Part shown: positions 1 through 11,099 of the stretch, piece after piece
Position numbering within the stretch: the first letter of the stretch is position 1
How the letters are laid out: each line of letters begins with the position of its first letter
From: Blastocladiella emersonii ATCC 22665
Lineage: Eukaryota; Fungi; Blastocladiomycota
Assembly: GCA_025594325.1 (NCBI GenBank)
Contig: JANHCV010000013.1
Span: 1,313,397 to 1,377,396 of the forward strand
Reading direction: 5' to 3'
DNA length: 64,000 nucleotides
The notes under the pieces: model-generated
What the model was told of the DNA's origin: nothing
The model's database searches: none
The model's input: the letters and a program-made list of their open reading frames with translations, nothing else
Position numbers and translations under genes: made by a program

Positions 1-180
1 TGGCCCTACATCAGCGAGGCTCTGCTCGCCAACCAGTACGCGATCTTCGGTTGCACCGGCCTCGCGATGGCCGCCTACGTCCACTTCCAGGTGCCCGAGA
101 CCAAGGGCAAGTCGCTCGAGGAGATGGACGAGGTGTTCGGGTTCAAGTCCGGCGCGGCCGCTTCGGAGCTCAAGGCCTGA
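1..180 (+). CDS. 3' end of sugar-porter MFS transporter (duplicate copy, 5' part outside window)
   Basis: Frame reads WPYISEALLANQYAIFGCTG...VPETKGKSLEEMD...ELKA with TGA at 178-180. It contains the PETKG motif and is the reverse complement of 3806-3985. Confidence 0.9.
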   Translation, partial: WPYISEALLANQYAIFGCTGLAMAAYVHFQVPETKGKSLEEMDEVFGFKSGAAASELKA

Positions 181-649
181 TCCCCCCCCCCCCCGGCCTT
201 CTTTCGTATGGCGTGTCTCCATACTCTCTAGAAAAACCTTGTTTTGTCGTGTTACATACAGTTGTGCATTCTCCACTACTTGCTCGCAACGTCTCTTTCT
301 CGTCAAGGTCCTCGCCCTCGCCCTTCCCTCGTCTCGCGCAAGACGCTGAGCCTCGACTTCGTGTCTCTTGCGTAACAAACCCTAACAAGCTATAAAGTGA
401 GCCTTGATATCATGTTGAGTGTTCCGCGAGACCCGATGTTGGCGGAGAAGAGGCGCTCCGACGACGCGTTGCGCCACACCCGAAACGTGGCAGCCCGGTC
501 GCGTGACCGTAATTAACGCGGTCGCCATTCAAGCCGGCCGCGCGATCCAGTCTCGCTGCTTCCTCCCAAAAACAACCACCACCCACGCAATGAAACCTTA
601 TGAAGTACATGCAACGCGCTCCGCGCGCTTCACGGACCTCCCCGCCGAG
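1..649 (+). repeat. Left arm of inverted duplication 1 (pairs with 3337-3985; extends beyond window start)
   Basis: Position x pairs with 3986-x (checked at both ends and at the C13/G13 run). Translations of overlapping ORFs are identical. First mismatch is at 650/3336. Confidence 0.95.
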
Positions 650-2238
650 CTCGTGGCGGCGGTGCTGTGTCTGCCGCCCCTCGGCCTGCCGTCCCGCTCG
701 CGTCGGATGGTCTCGCGGCGGTTGCGCTAGACTCTGCGACTCAATGGCACTTGCGCTGCATTTATGCGTCCCGTACCGAGCTTTACGGGTGGCAGGATCC
801 CGCTCCTGCGAGTGCTGATCGTGACCAAGACGAGGTCTCGGACACGAAACCGTTTGGACCTTATATCGCTTACCTTGCCGCACGCGAGAAAGCCGCCGCT
901 TCTACTCGGACGAGCGACAAGGTTCGCTGGCTCCCGAGCCCCGACATTTTTGACACGGTGACGCTCAACCGGATCTGCCGTGGTTACGTGCCCGTCCACT
1001 TACGCCGAGTTCAGTGTACTCGATTGCGACCCATCACTTCCAGCGTCCCTCGTGATTGACACCCTTCCTTGGCTCATTGGCAATCGAGGGGAACATCTCT
1101 TTCGAGGCAATCTTTGTTCAGTGGCCTCCCTCTACGCTGGAGCCTGCAGCGTCGAGTGCACGGTCCAGCTGATGCGCCAGTTTGACGGTTACGAGGATTA
1201 CATGGCGGCGCTCGGCTCCGTTCGAGACTGGTCCCGCGATTCCTTACGGACACTTCCTCGCTGGGCTTCTGTGCGATCCGAACACCGCCCCAGGCATTCT
1301 CTCATCGCTTAATACTTTCTACTCTCACGAACACCCTCATGCGCACTGGCATCTGTACAAGTTGATTCGGCCCGAGGTCCGGCGCGGAATTGGCCGCTGG
1401 AAGCCTAGCGCCGAAGCGTCCATGGACTCGCTCCCTCTTGTTCATTTCACGCAAGCCGACTTGCGTGAGGCTCCGCCGATACGTTTGCTCAAATCGGCGT
1501 TCGAGTCGATGACCGACGACGGAGATTCGCCCAATAAGGGATCGTCCATCCACCCGATCGCTCGCGCTGATGAGACGAGCGCGCCGCTGCTGCCCGCTCA
1601 CCTCGCTGATTCGTCGTGAGCGCCTTGGCAGTATGCCCTTCACGCGTTGCTCACGCAAGTCCCGCGCTTCACGCTTACGGCCGACGCGATCCCGGACGAG
1701 CTTCGTTGGATTCTGTTCTCGCGAGGCGCTCTGTCGCGCAGACTTTTTGCGCCGCGGCGAGGCCGCCTGCGGCGTGTTGCCTGGCCCAGGCACCGAGACA
1801 GCGTGGATCATTGAGCAGCTCTACCGCGCTGCGCCCGAGGTCCTGATCAGCGAGCTCGTGCGGGTGAGCGTCACGAGTCCCGCTTTTGTCTGGCGCATGC
1901 TCCAGCGCGGTGCCTTGGACGGGCTTTGCTCACCAAAGTGGCTCCTCGCTGCCGCGTCCGTGATCTTTGACCGATGCCGCGGCAAGGAGGCCGCCGGGCA
2001 CGAGGCTTTGGTTAAGCTGTTTGCTGCAGCGGATGAGACCGCTCGTTCGGCCAAATTCCTTGGTTTGTACCGGACCGAATGCGAGCAGCGCGGGATTCTC
2101 CTGCTCCATCCACTTTTAGGTCGTCTCCATCTCTGTGAATACATCGCGCATCATAACCATATTTTCCTTTTCTTCGGCTCATTTCCTTCAGTTTTCGGTG
2201 ACTCGCGGCTGTGGGGATTGCGCGAGAAGCGAGAGTAG
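590..2238 (+). pseudogene. Frameshifted F-box-like orphan gene
   Basis: ATG 590 gives MKPYEVHATRSARFTDLPAELVAAVLCL (F-box-like FxDLPxEL motif). Protein-like segments continue in successive different frames (667-1059, 980-1312, 1182-1619, 1570-2238). GC is lower than in core genes. Confidence 0.55.
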
Positions 2239-2463
2239 ACTATCGTTAAGCACTTGGCGGTCAATGGCGTCTGACAACGAGCAGGCGACTGCGCTATTGC
2301 CAAAAACATGTCTTTATGCCGATCGCGTAAGGTGGATTGACCAATTTCCCCTCGGCACAGCCTCTCGTCAATCCCACCAGGCAAGCATGTTCCACGCGAT
2401 CACGTGTTTTGAGCAACGCGTCCCTCGCCGCCCGCCACCACAGCGCCAGGCGGCGAGCCGCGC

Positions 2464-3302
2464 TTGATCTCGGTCCGCGACGTCGCGCAGCTGCTCGCCG
2501 ACCTCGAGTACACCGCCGACCACGCGTCCGGCATGTCGTTCAATAACAAAGTAACGAGGGTCACGGACACGGATGGACCGGAGGTGAATGTATTCGTCGT
2601 CAAACACGCTCCTCACACTCGTGGCCGGTACCCGTCGTGCGCCGACTGGAACTTGATTTTCTTGAGCTTCTGCGACCCGAGGCTGGATGGGATGGGATGG
2701 TGGGCCGACTACGACGCGAAGGACGACGGACAGCTTGAATCGAGCGAGGCCGACCGAAGCGGCAGCTTGACGGCGGCGGCGGCAGCGGCGGCGCGGTGCG
2801 GTAGGACGAGCGGAGCGTGTGCTGGTTGCAGTCGAACTTGGCCGCCGAAACCGAGCCAAGAAGTTGTGCTCGCCATGATCTCGTTGACGGCAACGCGCGC
2901 TTGATCTTGATCTCGCGAGAGATATCGTAGGCGTCAGTTTTTTTTTCTGATCGTGACGAGAGTAAGTAGAGGCGGGGACGCGGTACCTCGAACATGCCAC
3001 GGATCACGGCCGTGGCCGACTTGGTGCTGCGCGACGTGAAGCCGCCGCGGCCCAAACAGGTCGCTGAGCGCGCGCGTCGTCTTGGGCTCGACGAGGATGC
3101 ATGCACGCACGCACGGATGACGGTGCCGATGTCGATGAAGATGATCTACACGCGCGGCGGCAGGCGAGGATCTCGAGGTGAGCACTCGGAGCAGCGAGAG
3201 CGAGTGGGGACCAGTCAAGAGCCGCGGGCATCGATACCGCACCGTACCTGCTGCTGCTTGCGAGGCCTCGCGCTCGCTCAACTTGGGTCGTCAAGTCCCT
3301 AG
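2464..3302 (+). pseudogene. Possible degenerate coding fragments of unknown function
   Basis: ORFs 2464-2904 and 2994-3302 have partly protein-like composition (DLEYTADH...DWNLIFLSFCDPRLDGMGWWADY). No family recognised. Confidence 0.25.
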
Positions 3303-3336
3303 GGCGCCAGCGCAACATGACGGTACGCGGCTTTCA

Positions 3337-3985
3337 CTCGGCGGGGAGGTCCGTGAAGCGCGCGGAGCGCGTTGCATGTACTTCATAAGGTTTCATTGCG
3401 TGGGTGGTGGTTGTTTTTGGGAGGAAGCAGCGAGACTGGATCGCGCGGCCGGCTTGAATGGCGACCGCGTTAATTACGGTCACGCGACCGGGCTGCCACG
3501 TTTCGGGTGTGGCGCAACGCGTCGTCGGAGCGCCTCTTCTCCGCCAACATCGGGTCTCGCGGAACACTCAACATGATATCAAGGCTCACTTTATAGCTTG
3601 TTAGGGTTTGTTACGCAAGAGACACGAAGTCGAGGCTCAGCGTCTTGCGCGAGACGAGGGAAGGGCGAGGGCGAGGACCTTGACGAGAAAGAGACGTTGC
3701 GAGCAAGTAGTGGAGAATGCACAACTGTATGTAACACGACAAAACAAGGTTTTTCTAGAGAGTATGGAGACACGCCATACGAAAGAAGGCCGGGGGGGGG
3801 GGGGATCAGGCCTTGAGCTCCGAAGCGGCCGCGCCGGACTTGAACCCGAACACCTCGTCCATCTCCTCGAGCGACTTGCCCTTGGTCTCGGGCACCTGGA
3901 AGTGGACGTAGGCGGCCATCGCGAGGCCGGTGCAACCGAAGATCGCGTACTGGTTGGCGAGCAGAGCCTCGCTGATGTAGGGCCA
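3337..3985 (-). repeat. Right arm of inverted duplication 1
   Basis: Reverse complement of 1-649. At the inner end the F-box start is cut to ...RFTDLPAE followed by a stop. Confidence 0.95.
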
Positions 3986-5560
3986 GACCGCGGAGAGGAT
4001 GTAGTTGTTGATCCAGTTGCTCGCGGTCGCGATCCCGACGCCCTTGCCGCGCACACGGGCCGGGAAGATTTCGGAAACGTATGACCAGACCACGGGGCCC
4101 CACGTCGAGGCGACTATTTTTTTGCGGGGAAAAGAAAGGAGGTGGGTGAGTGGCGAGGCGGTTGGAGAGGCGAGCGAGGTGGAGGGAGCGAGCGCGAGAA
4201 AATGTCAGTCGATCGGTGTCAGAGCGGGTCCGCGGTCAATGTAAGTGAACACGTACAGCAGAGGACGTAAAGATACATCCCAACGAGGCCGATGAGCGAG
4301 TAGGCGGTCGCCGAGGCCGGGTACGCGTCGGGCGTCAGGCCCGCGGACGCCGACTGGAACAGGTTGACCGCGATGCAGATGATCCACATGAAGGTCGCCA
4401 TGCCGATACCACCCCACTTGAGCAGCTGCGTGCGGCCCGCGCGCTCGATGAGGTACATGCCGGGGAGCGTGCCGAACACATTTACGAGTGCTTGGACAAC
4501 GACATTAACGGTCGTAGCGGTATTGCGCGAGAAACCCATTGCGATGAAGAGCGAAGAGCTGAAGTACATGACCGCATTGATCCCGGTCCACTGCTGGAAG
4601 AACTGGAGCATAACGCCAATGACGAGACGGTTGCGGATGCCCGGGCGCATGAGCTCGCCCCACGACGCGGTGCCGATCTGGCGCTCGGCGTCGATCGACT
4701 GCTTGATGTCGTGGAACTCCTGCTGCACCTCGGCGGCCTTGACGTCAGTCTGGCGCAGCTTGGCGAGCTGGGCGGCAGCCTCGTCGTCGCGGTTCTTGGA
4801 CAGGAGCCAGCGGGGCGACTCGGGCAGGAGGAACAGGATGAGGATGAGCAGGAAGCCGGGCGCGGCCTGGATGCCAAGAGCGAGGCGCCACTGCGAGTTG
4901 TCGTCCTTGGCAGCCGACTTGTACACCGTGATGATGATGGCGTTGACGATCGAGGCGAAGGCGATGCCGATGGTGATCATGAGCTGCTGGATGGTCGTGA
5001 GGCGGCCGCGGATGCTGGTCGGGGCGAGCTCGGCAATGTACAGGGGCACGGTCATGGACAGGATACCGACGCCAAGACCACCGACAAAACGACCAGCCAT
5101 GACAAAACCGACGCGCGACGAGATCGAGTCGGAGGCGGGGACCAGGGCCTGGATCATGGCGCCGGCCGAGAAGAACATGGCGCCGAGCCAGATCGACTTC
5201 TTGCGGCCGAGAATGTCGGCGGCGAGGGCCATGAACAGCGCGCCGGGGATGCAGCCGAGCAGGAAGAAGGACACGATGTTGGAGGTGCGGGACGTCGACT
5301 CGTCCGTCTTGACCAGCTCGCCGTTGACGAGGTTCGAGAGGCCGTAGAACAGCTGGAACGGGTCCATCTCGAGGACCGAGTTGATGATCCCGATCTCATA
5401 GCCGAACAGGAAGCCGCCAAGGGCCGCCGCAAAACTATACGCGTGTTGAGGGACAGGGCGGCGGCGGCGGGTCAGTCGAGATGTTTCGGCGGCTTCGTGG
5501 GTGATGGGGGTGTGGGGGAACGTACCTGACAAAGACCGAGTACAGGCCCGCGTTCGTCAT
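3806..5560 (-). CDS. Sugar-porter (MFS hexose transporter family), 3 exons
   Basis: ATG at 5560 (MTNAGLYSVFVS), with GT-AG introns 5435-5525 and 4114-4256. Motifs: GGFLFGYEIG, GRKK, PLYIAELAP..RGRL, PESPRWL, QQWTGIN, WGPVVW..SEIFP..RG, PETKG. Confidence 0.95.
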
Positions 5561-6597
5561 GGTCGAGGTCGAGGTGGGAGGGAGTGATGAGGGATCAGGG
5601 AGTGGAGGGGAGGGAGATCAGCAGCGGCGCTCGACGCCGCGCAGACGTTTGCTCTCCGCCCTACTCAGCCGGCCAAGTGCGAGTTCCACATCGTGCCGCT
5701 GTCGGCCATCTCGGCCTTGCTTCACGTCGCGCCGAACGGGAGCCGGCCATCGTCTGCACACCAGCGCGGGTGCAACGAGTACCTCATCAACGTGTACGAC
5801 GACGCTGCGAGCCTCACGCCGCTTACGATGCCGCAGATCGCCAACTCGCTTGACCTTGTGGACCGCCGCGATCTCGACGGCGCAAACACGACGCGCTGCA
5901 AGCACACGAGCCTGACCATGACAATACAATGCAGACTCTACGCGCTACTTAACGGATAGCTCATTCTCATCAGTTGATACGGAGCTGCAAATTAGCTGCA
6001 ACTCAATCGGCCCGAGTGAAGACATCATTCGATGCACGTCTCGCGCCGCTCGACCACTTGTCTGACATTCTGCTGGGACAGATCGGCATTTTATCAATTG
6101 GCGCGAGGCATATCTCGATCCACACTCGTTCGATGAGTCGTTCGAGCTTTTTACTTGATCGATCAACCATGTCCATGGGTCAGATGACAAGCAAGTCGAT
6201 CAACAGGTCGAATGACTTGAGCTCACGCCGATCGATAGTTATTCGACGCGTGGATCGATTTTCTCGGCCATCTCGAACGAGAACAAGTCGATCGACATTG
6301 GATCGACTTGGCGGGTCCGGCGCGGTTTGGTGATGCTAGCCGCGGCATCGGTCAAAGATCACGGACGCGGCAGCGAGGAGCCACTTTGGTGAGCGGAGCC
6401 CGTCCGAGGCCGGGTCGGCGTCGGGCGTGAGAGCGGGGAGGGTCCGATGGGGACGCGTCGCTTTCGGGCACGGGCCGGGCATGCGGTGGCAGTGAGTCCC
6501 ACCGGTGCGCGGACAGTCGGCCGTGTCTCAGGCCGGTCGGCTTGCCGCGGCCGCTTTCGACCTCCCCTCTCCCGACCCCGCCGCGGACCCGAATGCA

Positions 6598-9500
6598 ATG
6601 AACCCGTTCAACCACACGCCGCGCCCGCCGCCCCATGCAACTGCCGGCAACGGCCCCGCCAACGGGCCGCGCGTCGGTGGCGGCGCGCCCGGCGCCCCTC
6701 CGCCGCCCGCCGCCGGGTCGCTCGCCGCGCTCGCCGGCGTCAACGCCATGAACGCCAACTTTGTGCCCCTCCACGGCCACGGCCCGGTCGCGCAGCACCC
6801 GCACCTCCCTACGCGCCCGCGGCCGAACATCATCCAGGCCCCGCCGCCCGTGCTGCCCCACCACCACCCGCACATGCACCCGCACCCGATGCCGCCGGCC
6901 GGGCTCCAGCGCACCCACTCGATGCCGTCGCCCTCGATGCAGCACCCGCACCCGCCCGCGATGCAGCGCCCGCCCATGTACCAGCAGCAGCCGCAGCAGA
7001 CCGGGCTGCAGCGCACCTTCTCCATGCCGCCCGCCCCGCACTCGATGCAACACTCTCAGCAACAGCAGCAACATCCTCTCGGCCGACCAGGAACGGCCCC
7101 TCCGCCGCACCATGGGCCCGCTGCCCCACCCCCGTCGATGCCGCCGTCGGCCGCGTCGCCGCACTTCCCGCCCAGCCGCTCCGGCCCCGTCGCGCCCGCT
7201 GCCTTCCCGCCACCTGCGCAGCAGCAGCCACCTCCCGCACCACCACCGGCTGCTCCCGCGGCCGCACCCGCGCCAGCCCCGCCCACCGCCGCCTCGCCCG
7301 CCGCGACGCCGAAGCGCGCGCTCCCGTGGGCCGACTCGGGCCCGACCAGCGCCAAACGGCCCGCCGCCTCGCCGTCCGTCGGCCCGCGCAAGGTGTTCCG
7401 CCGCGACGCGCCGCCCGCTGCGCCGGCACCGACGCCCGCCACCGCCAGCCTCAACCTGACCGTCGAGCGGCTGCTGCAGTCGACCACCGCCGCCGCGATC
7501 GCCGCCAAGGCCGACGGCGGCGGCGGTGGCAAGGGCAAAAAGAAGCGCGGCGACGGCAAGGTGCAGACCAAGATCGACTTTTCGGGCGCCAAGCCCAAGG
7601 ACGAGCCGTCGTCCGCGACGCCCGCCTCCGCCTCAACCCCCTCCTCCTCCACCGACACCGCCGCCAAGCCGGCCGGCCGCACCTACACCATGATGGGCGT
7701 CGAGGTGCGCTTCCCGTTCGACGCGTACCCGTCGCAGCTCAGCATGATGTCCAAGATCATCGCCGCGCTCCGCGCCGGGTCCAACGCCCTGCTCGAGTCG
7801 CCCACCGGGTCCGGCAAGTCGCTCGCCCTCCTGTGCGCGACGCTCGCGTGGCGCGACGCCGAGGTCGGCCGCCGCCGCACCGCCTACGAGGCCGAAATGG
7901 CTGAGTACCACGTCAAGGTCAAGGCCTGGAGCGAGCGCATGGCTAAGGTCCGCAAGGAGAACGGCGCGGGCGCCGCCAAGGCTTCGGCGGCCGCCGCGCG
8001 CGCTGCCCGCGGACACGTCAAGGTCGAGCTCGAGAGCGGGTCCGACTGGTCCAGCGACGACGACTTTTTGCCCGAGGCCAAACCCAAGCCGCCGCCGCGG
8101 TTCGCCAAGGACTCCGACACCGCGAAACGCGATATCCGCGCCGCCCTGCACCCCGTCGCGCCCGTGGTCCCTGCGCTCGCGGCGGCGGCTGCCGCCAAGA
8201 AGGAGCCCGGAACCACCGCTGCCGACCCCGCTGCGCCCGCGCCTGCTGCTGCCGAAGACGACGACCCGTACTCGCCGCCCAAGCGCCCCGAGCTCGTCCC
8301 CGTCCCGCGCATCTACTTTGGTTCGCGCACGCACCGGCAGCTCGCGCAGGTCGTGCAGGAGCTGCGCGGCAACGCGACGTACCGCCCGCGCATGGCGGTG
8401 CTCGGGTCGCGCAACCAGTACTGCGTGGACAAGGACGTGCAGCGCGCGGCGAACCGCAACGACGCGTGTGCGGCGGCCGTCGACTCCAAGTCGTGCCGGT
8501 ACTTCGAGGGCGCGCGCGCGCTGTCCATGTCGCGGCGGCTGCCGGCGATCTGGGACGTCGAGGACATGCGCGACCTCGGGCTCAAGTCGCGCGGGTGCCC
8601 GTATTTTGCGTCGCGCACGCTCGCCGAGACGGCCGACCTCATCCTCTGCCCGTACAACTACCTGCTCGACCCGCAGATCCGCGCGTCTATGGGCATCAAG
8701 CTCGATAACGCTATCGTCGTGCTCGACGAGGCGCATAACGTCGAGGACGTGGCGCGCGAGGCCGCCGGGTCCGAGATCGAGGATATCCAGCTCGCCGCGC
8801 TCGCCAAGGAGCTCGCCGATCTCATCAAGTTCTTTGGCGAGATGGACGAGGGCGACGTCATTGCCCACTACGTCAGCGGTGTGCCCGACTACGCCGTGCT
8901 GCTCCGGCTCGTCGAGGCGCTCCAGGCGTTCCTCGCCGACCACGTCAAGTCGTTCCAGGAGGTGACGTTCGACCACAAGCTCAACGTGTACGCTTTGCCG
9001 ACTCTCCGAGCCGACACGGACCAAACTCACACTCGCTTGCTCGCCCGCGCGTAGCGTCAACCCAGACACGTTCGTGCGACACCTCGGGACCAGCGGCGTG
9101 ACGCTCGACACGCTCGTCGATGTGCAGGCCGCGCTCGAGACGGTCAGCGCGTGCAAGGCCGACCAGCGCGAGAACTCCATGGTGCAGGTGATCTCGGACC
9201 CGGCGTTCCGCCTGCTCGGCTCGCTGCTCCTGTCGCTTGGCAACCTGTTCGACCCGCGGTTCACGGCCGACTTCCATGTCATCGCCGTCGAGCGTATCGT
9301 GCGCGCCAACACGGGCAAGACCAACGGCCGCAGCACCGGCGCGGGGAGCCGGCGGTCGAACAACAGCACGATTGCCGACTGCACGTTTCCCTGCTTCATC
9401 ATGTCCCCCGACTCTGAACTGACCTGCGGTTGATCATGTAGACATGCGCGAGGAGTGGAAGCACAAGATGGCGCTGTGGTGCATGAACCCGGGCGTGACC

Positions 9501-10641
9501 TTCTCGGCGCTCGGCAAGCAGGCGCACTCGGTGCTCCTCACGAGCGGTACGCTGTCGCCCATGGGCACGTTCGCGTCGGAGCTGCAGGCCGACTTCCCGA
9601 TCCGGCTCGAGGCCGACCACGTCATCCAGCTCGACCAGACGTGGGTCGGCGCCGTCAACTCGCCCGAGCTGATCGGCACCTACCAGCAGTCCGAGACGCT
9701 CGAGTACCAGGACGCGATCGGGTGGGCCGTTGTCGAGCTCGCACGGCACGTCCCGCACGGCATGCTCGTGTTCGCGCCCAGCTACGCGTTCCTCGACAAG
9801 CTCATCAACCGGTGGCGCCTCACGGGCGCCTACGACGCGCTCGAGCGCGTGAAAAAGGTCTTCACCGAGCCGCGCGCCGGTAAGGAGGCCGCGTTCGAGG
9901 ACGCCATCAACGGGTTCTACGAGGCCGTCGAGGAGAGCTCGCAGCGCGAGCGCGATGTCGGGCACTGGCTCGGCGGCGGGTACGCTACTCTCATGTTGCT
10001 GTGGGAACCGTGTGCGGGAGGCGGACTGACTCGACTCGCTCCGTTTGTGTAGCGCGCTCATGTTTGGCGTGTACCGCGGCAAGGTGTCCGAGGGCATCGA
10101 CTTTTCCAACAACCGCGCGCGCGCCGTCGTGTGCATCGGGATCCCGTACCCGAGCGTGTACGTTCTCTCGCGTTGTCCTTCGCCCCGACGCTCGCACTCA
10201 CTGCGTTCTTCACCGCGTAGCATGGACAAGAAGGTGCAGCTCAAGAAGGCGTACAACGACCGGCACCGGTACGCGCGCAGGCTCCTGTCGGGCAGCGAGT
10301 GGTACGACATCCAGGCGTACCGCGCCATCAACCAGGCGCTCGGCCGGTGCATCCGCCACCGCAACGACTGGGGCGCGCTCGTCCTGCTCGACCGCCGCTT
10401 CGCCACCCCCAAGGCGCAGCAGGGCCTGTCCAAGTGGGTCCGCCCGCGCATCACCGTGTGGAACCACCTCGGTGCCGCGCTCGAGAACGTCGTCGGGTTC
10501 CTCGAGTACCGTGGCGTCAAGTACGCCCCGCCGCAGCCGCCGCCAGGGTCCGAGGCGAGGATCGAGGAGGTGCAGGAGGGTGACGCGGACGCGAGCGATG
10601 GCGGCAGCGACGAGGGCGGGTTCATGCCTGCACAACCCTGA
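6598..10641 (+). CDS. BRIP1: XPD-family Fe-S DNA helicase, FANCJ/BRIP1-like, 5 exons
   Basis: Motifs: ESPTGSGKS, IYFGSRTHRQLAQV (FANCJ-type), Fe-S cysteines (YC..C..C..CPYF), DEAHN, LTSGTLSP, RGKVSEGIDF, QALGRCIRHRNDWG. Introns 8988-9054, 9381-9441 (GC-AG), 9980-10052, 10158-10220. Long P/Q/A-rich N-terminus. Confidence 0.9.
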
Positions 10642-11099
10642 GATTGTAAGCTAGCAATATACACCGTAGGCTACATCCGAAACGATTGATGCAGGGGCCG
10701 GCAGCGCGGAGGCATCTCGCGAGCTGAAGGCGGGCGACAGGGCAGGCGACTTGGCCGACAGTCCAGGCGAGGGCGGCGCTGAGACACGACGCGCCGGCGC
10801 CGACCTGAGCTGCTGAACGACGGGCCACGCTCCGACTTGGACTCGCCGCTCGTGCGGGGTCAACCTACGTCCTTCCTGCCCGTTTCATCTCGGTGATAGA
10901 GGAGGCGGGGCGTGACTCGCGGTGCTTGGTGACGTAGTCCATCAAAACCAACGGATCACCGCCGCGGAGCCCATGGCGGCAGATGGGGATGACCGTGAGG
11001 TCGGTAGCGCGGCGGTGGCGCACCCATTCGGCGTTGACAAGGACGGACAGGATACACAGGCTCTTCGGACCTCCAGGACTGCCGCATGTAGAAGTCGAT

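Noticed and set aside
182-194. C13 homopolymer after the transporter stop (G13 in mirror copy)
   Set aside because: Simple run, useful only as evidence that the two arms are identical.
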